This document shows, piece by piece, positions 27,461-36,962 of a DNA stretch of 64,000 nucleotides. Made by a program: the position numbers and the translations under genes. The DNA lies in assembly GCA_963708605.1 (NCBI GenBank), contig CAVPTG010000015.1:51218-115217 (forward strand), given 5' to 3'. The notes beneath the pieces are model-generated. The model searched no databases. It was given only the letters and a program-made list of their open reading frames with translations, and had not been told where the DNA came from. This DNA comes from Candidatus Dormiibacterota bacterium (GTDB lineage Bacteria > Chloroflexota > Dormibacteria > Aeolococcales > Aeolococcaceae). Within the stretch, counting starts at the first letter, position 1; the number at the start of each line of letters is the position of its first letter.

Positions 27461-28444
27461 TCAGCGGGCGTCGCCCGCCATCTCGGGGAGGCGTTCGGGT
27501 TGGCGAATCCACCCTCGCGATGGGTACCGGGCGAGAACCTCGTCGATCTCGACCACCTGCTCCTCGCTGAGGCGCTTGCGCCACCGACCGGGCTGCTCAC
27601 GCGTGACGCGGATGTTGCTGAATCCCTCGCCGGGGCGATTCGATTCACTGAGAAAACGCTCGATCCCCTCGCTCCACGTCAGGCCAACCTGATCGCAGAC
27701 CTCTCGGATGCGTACTTGGGAATCGACGCACAGGTCCTCATGGGTGACGACCAGCCACTCGGGGTGATGGTCAACGTGATCGCTGAGGACCGTGGTCAGA
27801 AGGCCGACCCAGGCGGCGGTGCGCTGGGTCACGCTGGCGTTCGGCTCGGGCGCGCTGATGCCGAGAGGCTCCAGGTAGCGCTCCCGCACGGCGGGGCGAT
27901 CGAAGAGGTCGAACCCGTGCACTCCAAGCTCGATCCACGAGGAGATGGTGTTGAGCGGGTGCCGTTGGATCACCACCACCCTGGGGTCGTAGTGACTGAT
28001 GAGCCACTCGGCATAGAAGTGCGCATAGATCGACTTGACGATCACGTGCGGCGAGCGTCCCGGTAGCGATGACATCGCCTGCGCGGTCCGACGGAGGAGC
28101 GGGTCGCGTATCCCGCGTGGAAGGCGAAGTGCGGCACGCGCTGCGCTGCGGCCCAGGCCAGGCTTGTTGGGGATGCGATTCGTGAAGGAGAGATCCCAGA
28201 GCGCTCGAAACTGAGGAGCGGGATCATCGCGGTCGATGATCGGATACGGCCCGAAGCCCAGCCGGCTCACTCCGGTGCCCGTTGGGTCAGCATCCACGTT
28301 GTCCGGCTCCTTGACCATGCGTGTGCCCTCGGCGTGCCCAAGAGCGGTCGCCAGCCAGCGAGTGCCGGAGCGCGCGACTCCGAGGAGGAGCAGGCGGTCG
28401 GAGCGGCCCCGTACCGGTGGCGGGTTCTTGTCGGTGCTGGTCAC
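27461..28444 (-). CDS. Sulfotransferase-fold protein, paralogue 1 (subfamily A)
   Basis: 5'-PSB-like loop LLLLGVARSGTRWL and 3'-PB-like VVIQRHPLNTISSW. Also EPDNVD, WDLSF, VIVKS and THEDL. It is the last gene of the minus-strand operon. Confidence 0.75.
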   Translation of the reverse strand: MTSTDKNPPPVRGRSDRLLLLGVARSGTRWLATALGHAEGTRMVKEPDNVDADPTGTGVSRLGFGPYPIIDRDDPAPQFRALWDLSFTNRIPNKPGLGRSAARAALRLPRGIRDPLLRRTAQAMSSLPGRSPHVIVKSIYAHFYAEWLISHYDPRVVVIQRHPLNTISSWIELGVHGFDLFDRPAVRERYLEPLGISAPEPNASVTQRTAAWVGLLTTVLSDHVDHHPEWLVVTHEDLCVDSQVRIREVCDQVGLTWSEGIERFLSESNRPGEGFSNIRVTREQPGRWRKRLSEEQVVEIDEVLARYPSRGWIRQPERLPEMAGDAR

Positions 28445-28465
28445 GCCATCTCCTCGATCATGTCG

Positions 28466-31400
28466 CTAGTCCTTCTTGGCCGTCTCGATGTATGCCTTGA
28501 TGCGCGCGCGCGTGTCCGGAGCGCTGCTCGGGAGTGAGGAGAGCGCGGTGTTGAAATCGACCACGGCCTGCCGCTGAGCGCCTTGCTGGATTTCGATCCA
28601 TCCGCGCGCCGCGTAGAGCTTCGCGAGCCCAAAACCATCCACCCCGGCGGGCTGAGCATATGGACCCACATTGCCGACGAAGGTGCTGATCGCCTGGTCG
28701 ATGGCCTTCAGGGCCGCACTCAGATTGCCCAGCGAGAGGTTGGCCTCAGCAAGGTCGTCATACGCTCCCGAGCCCGACGAGGACAGCTGGGCGGCGCTCG
28801 CGCAATCGGTCAGCGCGTGGGAGTAGTTGTGCTGCAGCACCTCGGCATGGCACTCGTGCGCCAGCACAGAGCCGACCCGTGCCCCAGGAAGCGCCAGCGC
28901 GTTCGCATAGTCGATGGCGGCACGCTGGTCGCTGCCGAGGGCGGTCGCCAGGTCCCCGCCGGCGACATACAGCAGTGACGACTGGGGGTCGATGACGAGC
29001 GCTCGGTTGTACACGGCCTGCGCATCCTGGTAGTCGGACACTGCCACCAGCCCGTCGATCGCGGTAAGGAGCTCGCCCGCCGTCGCCGACGGGTTCAGCG
29101 CCGCGGTTCGATAGTCTGCGATCGCCGCCGTGATGTTGCCGATCACGCGATAGGCAACTGCGCGCCGCAGATAGAGGTCCGCCTGCAGCGGAGACAGTTG
29201 GATCGCCGCGGTGTAGTCGTGCACGGCCGCGGCGCCGTTCTGTCCACCATTGAGGTAGCAGTCCCCGCGGCCAACGTATGCGGTGAGCAGCCCGGGGAAT
29301 TGCTGGAGTGCCGTCGTGTAGTCGGAGATGCACAGGTCGGGCTGCCGGGCGGCCCGCTGCAGCCGCGCGTCGTCGAGGGAGGACCCAACGATGGTCGGCG
29401 CCACCGAGCCCGCCTGCGCAGCCTCCGACAGGAGGCCGGGCGACACGCTGCCCGCACTCCCGCACGAGGCAAACACCAGGGCAAGCGCGAGCAGCCCCAC
29501 GCCTGCGCCCACTGCGATGGCCGACTTGGCCTTTGGCGATGCGCTGGGCGCCGGTGGCGCCGGCTCTTCCCGCTGCCGGGCTCGGGCACTGAATGCTCCA
29601 GTGACGAATCGAATCGTGATCGAGAGGAGGAGCAATCCGATGGCAAGACCTCCATAGCCGACGTCGATGGCATAGGGATCTCCCGCGAGTGGCACCTCAG
29701 GAAGGAGCGACGGGATGCCGAACCACTCCAGGGTCACCGCCCCCGCGGTGACCGCGAGCATCGCCAGGCCGATGCCCGCCACCCATGTCGCAGCGCGGGA
29801 TGGCGGGAACGTCGAGTCCGGCACCGTCAGGGGCTTGAACGCCGCCTCGAATCGCAATCGGCGCGGCACTCGAATCGCGAGCCACACCGCCGCGATGAGC
29901 ACCAGGACCGCTATGCCGTCCCCGATGCGCTCGTAGGGCAGCGTCGAGTAGGCGAACGCCAGTGTCGAGCTTGAGCTCTGTGAGGCCTTGAGGTGATAGA
30001 GATTGAAGAGCCCGTCGCCAAGCGTGAGCGGCTTGTGGGTGTCGAGCCGCCACCCAGGGTCGTAGTAGCGACGCAGCTCCACCCAGGTCCCGTTGTCAGC
30101 GTTGGTCGTCACGGCGATCTGCTCCGACGAGTCGAGTCGTATTGTTGTGACAGCATTCGTGCGCGCACCAAGCGCCGTGGCCGTCAGGGGCGACCAACTC
30201 ACGCACGGGCCGGGCGTCAGCGAGGCGGTCGACGTGCCAGTGATGGTCACCGTCGTGTTGCCGGATGCCACCGAGAAGGGTCCGTAGACGCCCCAGCCCG
30301 CAGCTCGCGGCAGGCCGCCGGGCGTCAGCAGCTGCAGCGTCTGGGCATCACGGCCGACGGTCGTCTGAATCGACGACGGCAGTGAGCCAGACTGCGACTG
30401 CACCATGACCGCAGCCGTCCCCGAGGCATCGCTCTGGCAGGCATTGTCGAAACGCGGCATCACGGCGACCGCATCAGGAAGATTTGCGGGGGCAACCGGA
30501 TACTGATTGTTGTCGAAGCTCTCCCGATACGCCGCGGGGAGTCCCAGAGCCTCGAGTGCTGGAAGTAATTCGGTCGTCGCCCACGTGCCGGAATCCACCA
30601 CCGCGATAGCCGGCGCAGTCGTCACCGCGGGATCGGTGGAGCTCAGCCGCCAGACCAGCAGCGTGGTCGAGCCGCTGCCGAGCACCGTCGGTGCGCCGAA
30701 CATCGCGGACACCTGTTGCTCTAGCCACTGGCGAGTGATCCCGGGCGGGATCGATCCGACAGCCTGGCCGCCCGGAACCACGATGTATCCCGCACCGGCC
30801 ATCCGGGCGAGGTACGGGAACAAAGGCGAATCGACGTAGCAGTATGCGATCAGGTTGTCGGCGCAATACAGCTGGAACGGATCACGTTGATTCACACGCG
30901 TTCCGGCGAACTTCCCCGTGAGATTCACGGCCGGGTGCGTCGGCGACGCGACGAGGAAATGGTGGTTGCGAACGTTGTCGCCGATGAGGGGCTGGCCGAA
31001 CCAGAGCACGGGTCCGGGGCGACTGTCTGCGGCCAGGAGCTGCGAAAGGGCCGAGAATGACGTGGGTTCTGGTGTGGGGCTTGTGGTGGAACCGAGGCTC
31101 CCTGACTGCAGCACCACCACCGACCATGCACTCAGCGCGACCACACCGACAAGTCCCAAGGCGGCTCCGCGGCGGACCAGCCGAGCATGAAGATGGATGA
31201 GGTTCGCCGACGCCCATTCGAAGGCGCTGGCCAGCGCGATGGGGATGAGGATCGCGTAGGCGAGCGTGACGATGTAGAGAAACTTCGATCCCTCGCGAAA
31301 GAGCTTCCAACCCGGCACGTGCAGGTACATCCAATCGTAGATCTGACCCAGAGGCGCGTTGTCGGTCTTGGCGAAAAAGGCGAACAGGAGTGCCGCCACG

Positions 31401-32401
31401 AGCAACCAAAGCACCTCCGGTCGGAGCCGTCGCATCAGCATCGGTGTAAATGCCAGAAGCGGCAGTATCATGTAGGCTGGATTCAATGGCGCCTGGACGA
31501 GTTGAGCGGGAGAGCCCCCCGTCCAGAAGGGGTCGAGCGCAGCAAGGCCATGACCGAGGGAGATCACGTTGAAGTTCGGTGCCTGGGGTATGGGCAGACC
31601 GGCGCTCCCGTGATAGGTCAGCAGGGGTACCAGCCAGAACGCCTGCGTCCCGATGAACACCGCCCCCGCTGCCACGGCCAGCAGCGTCCGTCGCAGCAAC
31701 AGGCGCAAGCCGCGGTTGCTCACGGCGATGATGACGAAGTACATCGCCATGAGGAGCACGCAGAGATAGGCGGGTCGCACGTCGTACGCCGCAACGACCG
31801 CAAGCAGCAGTCCGGTGACCAATGCCCAACGGAGCGAGAGCGTCCGCACCGTGCGCAGGAAGGCGACCAGAACGAACATTGAAATGACTTCGCCAAGAGC
31901 CAGCGGGACCTCGCCGTCGGACTCGAGCATGAAATAGGTCGCGCCCAGAAGGATCACCGGGGTCAACAGCGCCCACTTCGTTCTGCCCATGATCTCGCGC
32001 GCCAGAAGCCAGCCGCCAACCGGTAGCAGCACCGCGAACGGCACGAAGTAGAGGAACTTCTCAGTGAAGGCCCATCCAGCGCCGACGGCGGCGAGCAAGC
32101 CTGAGGCTGCAAGGACAGGAAACCGGAACGCGGCCGAAAACCGGCTCTCGCCGCCGAGCCCGAGTGAGCCATCCCATACTGACGGCCAGGGGCTGTAGCT
32201 GGTGAGCACCTGGTTGTCAGGCCAGTGCCAGTCTCCGGCCGATAGGGGCGATGGCGACAGCCAAGCGTGTCTGATGCCAATCCCGACGAGCGCGAGCAGC
32301 GCGACCGTCGCCCACGGGCGATCGGTGATCCAACGTCCCTTCCCGCTCAGCCATGTGTAGGCACGCGTCCAATGATCGGACATGCTTCGACCCGCGGTCA
32401 T
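28466..32401 (-). CDS. Giant polytopic membrane protein: GT-C-like (AftD/DUF3367-like) N-terminal domain + periplasmic domain + TM segments + C-terminal TPR domain
   Basis: 1311 aa with at least 12 predicted TM helices in aa 30-440. The first loop SAGDWHWPDNQ...WPSVWDGSLGLGGE resembles the acidic loop of GT-C arabinofuranosyl/mannosyltransferases. The soluble beta-rich middle is followed by extra TM helices at about aa 830-960. TPR-like repeats span about aa 975-1311 (nt 28466-29480; e.g. AVHDYTAAIQLSPLQADLYLRRAVAY). Its ATG is 3 nt after the flippase stop. Confidence 0.65.
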   Translation of the reverse strand: MTAGRSMSDHWTRAYTWLSGKGRWITDRPWATVALLALVGIGIRHAWLSPSPLSAGDWHWPDNQVLTSYSPWPSVWDGSLGLGGESRFSAAFRFPVLAASGLLAAVGAGWAFTEKFLYFVPFAVLLPVGGWLLAREIMGRTKWALLTPVILLGATYFMLESDGEVPLALGEVISMFVLVAFLRTVRTLSLRWALVTGLLLAVVAAYDVRPAYLCVLLMAMYFVIIAVSNRGLRLLLRRTLLAVAAGAVFIGTQAFWLVPLLTYHGSAGLPIPQAPNFNVISLGHGLAALDPFWTGGSPAQLVQAPLNPAYMILPLLAFTPMLMRRLRPEVLWLLVAALLFAFFAKTDNAPLGQIYDWMYLHVPGWKLFREGSKFLYIVTLAYAILIPIALASAFEWASANLIHLHARLVRRGAALGLVGVVALSAWSVVVLQSGSLGSTTSPTPEPTSFSALSQLLAADSRPGPVLWFGQPLIGDNVRNHHFLVASPTHPAVNLTGKFAGTRVNQRDPFQLYCADNLIAYCYVDSPLFPYLARMAGAGYIVVPGGQAVGSIPPGITRQWLEQQVSAMFGAPTVLGSGSTTLLVWRLSSTDPAVTTAPAIAVVDSGTWATTELLPALEALGLPAAYRESFDNNQYPVAPANLPDAVAVMPRFDNACQSDASGTAAVMVQSQSGSLPSSIQTTVGRDAQTLQLLTPGGLPRAAGWGVYGPFSVASGNTTVTITGTSTASLTPGPCVSWSPLTATALGARTNAVTTIRLDSSEQIAVTTNADNGTWVELRRYYDPGWRLDTHKPLTLGDGLFNLYHLKASQSSSSTLAFAYSTLPYERIGDGIAVLVLIAAVWLAIRVPRRLRFEAAFKPLTVPDSTFPPSRAATWVAGIGLAMLAVTAGAVTLEWFGIPSLLPEVPLAGDPYAIDVGYGGLAIGLLLLSITIRFVTGAFSARARQREEPAPPAPSASPKAKSAIAVGAGVGLLALALVFASCGSAGSVSPGLLSEAAQAGSVAPTIVGSSLDDARLQRAARQPDLCISDYTTALQQFPGLLTAYVGRGDCYLNGGQNGAAAVHDYTAAIQLSPLQADLYLRRAVAYRVIGNITAAIADYRTAALNPSATAGELLTAIDGLVAVSDYQDAQAVYNRALVIDPQSSLLYVAGGDLATALGSDQRAAIDYANALALPGARVGSVLAHECHAEVLQHNYSHALTDCASAAQLSSSGSGAYDDLAEANLSLGNLSAALKAIDQAISTFVGNVGPYAQPAGVDGFGLAKLYAARGWIEIQQGAQRQAVVDFNTALSSLPSSAPDTRARIKAYIETAKKD

Positions 32402-32404
32402 CGT

Positions 32405-33838
32405 CTAGCCGGATGCTTCGGCGACGGCCACGGTCATTCCATCCGGCAACGCTGCGTCCGGCTCGGATCGCCGTAGCCTTCGCTCCGTCAGCAGGTACTG
32501 GACCGCAAGCGCTAACAGCACCGCTGCGATCGAGACATCGCTCATGAGCGAGACCACCAGCAACGAACTATGGAAGAAGTAGATGAGGAGCGGTTTGATC
32601 GCAATTCCGGGAATGAGCACCCAGAGCAGTTTCAGATCGGCGAGAGACTGTTGTGTATTGCTGAGCATGACCACGGCTGCGAGAAGTGGCATTCCGAGGG
32701 CGTACCACCCGATATAGCTTGCGCCGCCTTCGTAGGACTTGCCGGAGAACTCGTGGAGGATGGTGTGGCTGAGCGCCGAGAACACCACCAGCCCGAGCAG
32801 CCCTCCGACCAAGGCGATGCCGACCGAGCTGAACACGACTGACCGGGTGCCCCGTCGCGTAGCCTGACGTGCCGCGGCTTTGGGGAACAGCACGCTGGTG
32901 ACGCTGCCCATCGCAAAGAAGAGCGCCCTGGCCGTGACCGTGACGGCACTGAACTGGCCTGGTGCCTTGCCCGAGTAGAAGTGCTGGACGAGGATCACAT
33001 CACTGCCCAGCAACACCGAAACAGTCACAGTCGACGTGATCGAAACCAGCAGGAAGCGCCACAGCGGTCGCCACCCAGCAGGCCCGCTACCGCGGCGAAG
33101 GCGGGGCCAGACCATCACCAGCGCGACCAGATAGATCGCCGCCGCTGCGACGCTGATCCCAACCAGCACGCCGTATTTGCCGAGCCACAACGTGAAGATC
33201 AGCACGAAGATCACCCGGCTGAGCGCGATGCCGATGCTCAGCGCGCTCCACGGCAGCCACCGCTGTTCGCCCTGCAATGAAGCCAACAACGGCGATGTCG
33301 CGAACATGAAGGGTACGCCGAGTGCGCCGACCACGATATATGAGGTGGGGACTACGAGAAAGTGAGCGAGCGGCGCCGCTCCGATCACGAACGCGAGACC
33401 GATGAGGGCACCGCCCCAGGTGAGGCGCGTGACCGTCAGCCGCAGCATTGCGCTGCTCGCGACGTCGCTACCGTGGGTGGTGGCGAGCTCCCGGCTCGTT
33501 GTCCACGCGACCAGCCGGCTGAAACCGGCGGAGGGTTGTGTCAGCACTGTGAAGAAGCTGAAGACCGCGAACACCTGGCCGTACAGGCCCGGTGCGAAGC
33601 GATGGCTGACCATCGCCTGCAGCAACAAACCCAGCAGCCCCGCGACGATTGTTCCGATCGCCGCCATCGCGTTGTGCGTGATGAACTGACGGCGCTCGCG
33701 CTTGGCCTGGTCGCGCGTTCCCGCGTGGGTGTCATCCAGCCCGTCGGACACGCTCGTCGCTCCGTCCGCGGCGTCGGACCTGGTCGCGGCGTCCTCAACC
33801 GCAACGGGCACCGACGTCACGGGATTATCGATAGACAC
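32405..33838 (-). CDS. Polysaccharide/oligosaccharide flippase (MOP superfamily, Wzx-like)
   Basis: 477 aa with about 12-14 TM helices and a charged N-terminal tail. GGAGGTGG RBS before the GTG start. Helix spacing and motifs are typical of 'polysaccharide biosynthesis protein' families. Confidence 0.8.
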   Translation of the reverse strand: MSIDNPVTSVPVAVEDAATRSDAADGATSVSDGLDDTHAGTRDQAKRERRQFITHNAMAAIGTIVAGLLGLLLQAMVSHRFAPGLYGQVFAVFSFFTVLTQPSAGFSRLVAWTTSRELATTHGSDVASSAMLRLTVTRLTWGGALIGLAFVIGAAPLAHFLVVPTSYIVVGALGVPFMFATSPLLASLQGEQRWLPWSALSIGIALSRVIFVLIFTLWLGKYGVLVGISVAAAAIYLVALVMVWPRLRRGSGPAGWRPLWRFLLVSITSTVTVSVLLGSDVILVQHFYSGKAPGQFSAVTVTARALFFAMGSVTSVLFPKAAARQATRRGTRSVVFSSVGIALVGGLLGLVVFSALSHTILHEFSGKSYEGGASYIGWYALGMPLLAAVVMLSNTQQSLADLKLLWVLIPGIAIKPLLIYFFHSSLLVVSLMSDVSIAAVLLALAVQYLLTERRLRRSEPDAALPDGMTVAVAEASG

Positions 33839-33952
33839 GCCACCTCCAATCCTGCCACTGCTGGTCCGGCATTGATCCCTACCCGCTCACAGTCTACAAG
33901 AAAGTCTTCAGACGCCCCAAACGGTGCCACGGGAAGCGCGCACCAACTGCTG

Positions 33953-34928
33953 TTACGACGCGGTAACAGGAGGGCGCACCCACCCACGCGTGGGAAACTG
34001 CCGCAGGACTTCTTCGATCTCGTTGACCTCGGGATCGGTGAGGCGCTGTCGCCACCTGGTCGGCTCCTCGGTGGCAATGCGCACCGGAGCCAGACCCTCG
34101 CCGTGACGATTGTTGTCATTGAGGAATCGAGCGACGTCGTCGGTCCACACCAGTCCGACCTGATCGCACACCGACCGGATGGTGGTCGCCGGGTCGTCGC
34201 ACAGATCCTCGTGCGTGACGAAGACCCATTCCGGGTGCTTGTCCACAGCCTCAGCGATGACGTGCGTCAGAAGTCCCACGTGCCACGCGATTCGCGCGAC
34301 ATCAGATGCGCGAGCATCCGGCGGCTCGATCCCGAGGGGCTCGATGTAGCGCGTTCGAATGATTGGGCGAGTTGCGAGATCGAAGAGCGGGATGCGGAGC
34401 TCCCTCCAACTCGACACCACGTTCAGGGGGTTGCGCTGCATGGCGATGACTTGCGGCTGGTAGCGGGTGACCAGCCACTCGAGGCTGAAGGTTGCGTAGA
34501 TCGTCTTGACGACAATGCATTCCGCCCGGCCGGGCATGCGGGCGGAGAGCCTCGCCGCTCGACGCACGAGCGGATCACGCATCGCGCGCGGCAGTCGCAG
34601 TGCGATCTGCGCGGCGGGCCGGAGCTTGCTCTGCCCGCGGTGCGCGAAGGGCAGCCGGCCCGAGAAAACAAGGTCCCAGAGCGGAAGGAACTGTCCGGCG
34701 TCCTGGTCGGTGTCGATCACCGGATATGGTCCGAATCCACGACGACCCGCGACGTCTTCCGCCTTTGGATCAGCGTCGACGTTGTCGGGCTCGTAATAGA
34801 AACGGACGCCACTGGCCTTGCCGAGCGCATGGCCGAGCCAGGAAGTGCCGGAGCGGGCAACGCCGATCAGCGCCAGCCGATCGCTTCTCGACCGAGGCGG
34901 TCGCGGCTTTCAGTTTTGGTTCAGACAT
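33953..34928 (-). CDS. Sulfotransferase-fold protein, paralogue 2 (subfamily A); no canonical in-frame start, apparent 1-nt frameshift at codon 7/8
   Basis: The track gives only 33953..34720 (GTG), which would delete the PAPS loop. The same frame continues upstream as KPRPPRSRSDRLALIGVARSGTSWLGHALG... to the TGA of the upstream GT4 gene (34912-34910). The ATG at 34928 (MSEPKLK) is in the +1 frame. Its length and sequence then align with paralogue 1 (MTSTDKN-PPPVRGRSDRLLLLGVARSGTRW). Confidence 0.7.
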
Positions 34929-36103
34929 GCCAGCACGTTCCTCCACTGGTCGACGATGAGCGGCCGGCCGTGACGCTCAGCCAGCCAAGCGAGTTGCGCA
35001 GTCACCCGAGACTGCGCCGCCTCAGCACTCTCCGGCGTTGCGATGATACGAGCCACGAGTTCCGAGAGGCCGTCGAGCGGCGCCTCGAGCAGCCCCGGGG
35101 CGCCGCTGAGGCCCTCGAAGGCAATGGGCGTTCCGGCGATCCGCTTGCCATGCGCAAGATAATGCAGCACCTTGGTCTTGACGCCCGCCCCGGTCGCGAG
35201 CGGGGCGAGGCACAGATCGGCGGAATCGATGATCGAATCGATCTCATCCACCGCGCCGAGCAGCACGAGGCGGGCACCAGGCTTGCCATACCCCACAAGC
35301 TGATCACTGCCCGGGCCGCAGATCACGATCGTGGCCGTGTCCGGCAGGGTTGGCGCGAGCACATCGATGAGCCATCGGGCGGCAACTGCGTTGTGTTTCG
35401 CCGCAATGGTGCCCACGAACAGAAGGATCGGCCGGTGCAGTGACCCGCCCACCTGCGCTTCGAGTGCGGCGTCGCCGTTGTGCTCGTGATCGCGGGGAAC
35501 GTACGCGGCGTGATCCACGGTCATCAGCTTGTCGCGCAGCGGGGGGTGGATGCGCTTCCACTCTGAAGCCTCGGATTCACCGATCGCCACCGCGACGCTG
35601 CATCTCGTGGCCGTCCAGCGCTCGAGCCCCCACCAGATGACCTGCTTGGTGATATTCGACGCAGTCCGATCGAGCCGCTCGTAGTGCAGGGTCTGACACT
35701 CGTTTGTGTCCCAGATCATCGGCAGACGTGCACCCGACATTTCGACTGCGGGCATGAACATCGCGTTGGACACGATCATCACGTCCGCACTCCGGGCATG
35801 GTGCCGAATCAACCGCGCCCACTCCCTGGAGAAACCTCGCCAGGGCCGCCGGTTGGGGACGTGAACCGCCCGAGCCCAGGCCGGGGGTGGATCGAGCGGG
35901 CTACTCTCGCGCGTGCTCAGGATCGTTGCCGGGATGCCGAGCGAGGCCAGACTCTCAGCGAGGATCCGTGATCGAACCTGAAGGCCGCCGTCGGGCTCGA
36001 TGATCGAGCCAAAAGTCACGATCAGCGGGCGGATCGCGCCCACTCGGTCATCACCGGTGCTTCGCGACGGTGGTTGCAGCCCGGCTGCCCCGTTCTCTTT
36101 CAT
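34910..36103 (-). CDS. Glycosyltransferase, GT-B fold (GT4/GT1 family)
   Basis: LLFVGTIAAKHN...VICGPG...LLGAVDEIDSIIDSADLCLAPLATGAGVKTKVLHYLAHGKRIAGT is an E/K-x7-E-like C-terminal GT4 pattern. An alternative GTG start at 36043 would remove the 53-nt overlap with the upstream GT2. Confidence 0.85.
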   Translation of the reverse strand: MKENGAAGLQPPSRSTGDDRVGAIRPLIVTFGSIIEPDGGLQVRSRILAESLASLGIPATILSTRESSPLDPPPAWARAVHVPNRRPWRGFSREWARLIRHHARSADVMIVSNAMFMPAVEMSGARLPMIWDTNECQTLHYERLDRTASNITKQVIWWGLERWTATRCSVAVAIGESEASEWKRIHPPLRDKLMTVDHAAYVPRDHEHNGDAALEAQVGGSLHRPILLFVGTIAAKHNAVAARWLIDVLAPTLPDTATIVICGPGSDQLVGYGKPGARLVLLGAVDEIDSIIDSADLCLAPLATGAGVKTKVLHYLAHGKRIAGTPIAFEGLSGAPGLLEAPLDGLSELVARIIATPESAEAAQSRVTAQLAWLAERHGRPLIVDQWRNVLACLNQN

Positions 36104-36962
36104 TGACTACTGGATAGACCTCACTACTGCGATCGCGGACGGTCCCGCGAAGTTTCGTGTCAACGGCGACCTCGAGGACGGCCGCCAACTCGACTGCCTT
36201 GAGGGTGAACATGCCCGCCGTGAGCAGAGGATGGCGCCCCAAAGTGCGCCAGTTGCGAACGTAGGCCGCACGGAAGATCGGGTTGCCCTGCGCCAACGCG
36301 CCACGACCGTGCTTGCGAACGAACGCGAGGTAACCGGGAGCATAATACCGCCGCTTCGTGAATACGGTGCGAAGCCGGGTGCGACCCTCATCGTGATGGA
36401 TCATCGCGCGAGTCCGTGGGAGCCGGCGTCGATTGGCCACCCTTCGTGACAGGTCCCAGTCCTCGCCGCCGTTCAGGTCGGTGTCGAAGCCGCCTGCGGC
36501 GACGAACGCCGAGCGCGTGTACATGCGGGCGGCTTCGATCGTGTCGTCGCCGGTGTAGCAGCCCCGCTCCAGAGCCCGGCACGCGGTCCAGAATCCCGCC
36601 CCGATGGTTTCCTCCGGGATCATCACGGCGGGGAGGCCGGTACTGTGGAGCAGGTCGACGCCTTCGGCAACGACCGCGGGATCAAGCACCATGTCGGCAT
36701 CGACAAAGAGGAGGACGCTGCCCGTCGTCAGCGAGGCGCCGTGATTACGCTGGGCGCTGCGCTCCGGGCCGATCGTCACCACCTGATCGGCGTAGCGGCC
36801 CGCGATGGTCAGGGTGTCGTCGGTCGAATGGTTGTCGACCACGACGAGCTCAACCGCCGGGTAATTCTGCCCTCGGATGCTGGCCAGACACGCCCCCAGC
36901 ATGTGACCCGAGTTCCGTGTGGTTACGACGACCGACACACCGTCCTGGTGGTCAGCCGACAT
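36051..36962 (-). CDS. Glycosyltransferase family 2 (GT-A fold)
   Basis: Track ORF 36051..37130, using the ATG at 36962 (MSADHQDGVSVVVTTRNSGHML...VVDNHSTDDT...LFVDADM DxD motif). It overlaps the stop of the upstream gene by 11 nt. Confidence 0.85.
   Translation of the reverse strand: MSADHQDGVSVVVTTRNSGHMLGACLASIRGQNYPAVELVVVDNHSTDDTLTIAGRYADQVVTIGPERSAQRNHGASLTTGSVLLFVDADMVLDPAVVAEGVDLLHSTGLPAVMIPEETIGAGFWTACRALERGCYTGDDTIEAARMYTRSAFVAAGGFDTDLNGGEDWDLSRRVANRRRLPRTRAMIHHDEGRTRLRTVFTKRRYYAPGYLAFVRKHGRGALAQGNPIFRAAYVRNWRTLGRHPLLTAGMFTLKAVELAAVLEVAVDTKLRGTVRDRSSEVYPVVNERERGSRAATTVAKHR

Noticed and set aside
34910-34912. TGA read-through or selenocysteine recoding fusing GT4 to sulfotransferase 2
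   Set aside because: An ATG in the +1 frame gives an N-terminus co-linear with paralogue 1, so a 1-nt indel explains it more simply. In-frame juxtaposition occurs by chance one time in three, and I saw no SECIS-like hairpin. It is kept only as a minor alternative in the finding.
33362-35443. Long plus-strand ORFs opposite real genes (e.g. 33362..35443 693 aa, 16640..18229 529 aa, 60510..61670 386 aa, 51635..52732 365 aa, 57855..59330 491 aa)
   Set aside because: They are Arg/His/Asp/Pro-rich low-complexity translations with no motifs. Each lies fully inside a minus-strand or alternative-frame gene that has clear family signatures. Stop-codon scarcity at this GC content generates such ORFs.
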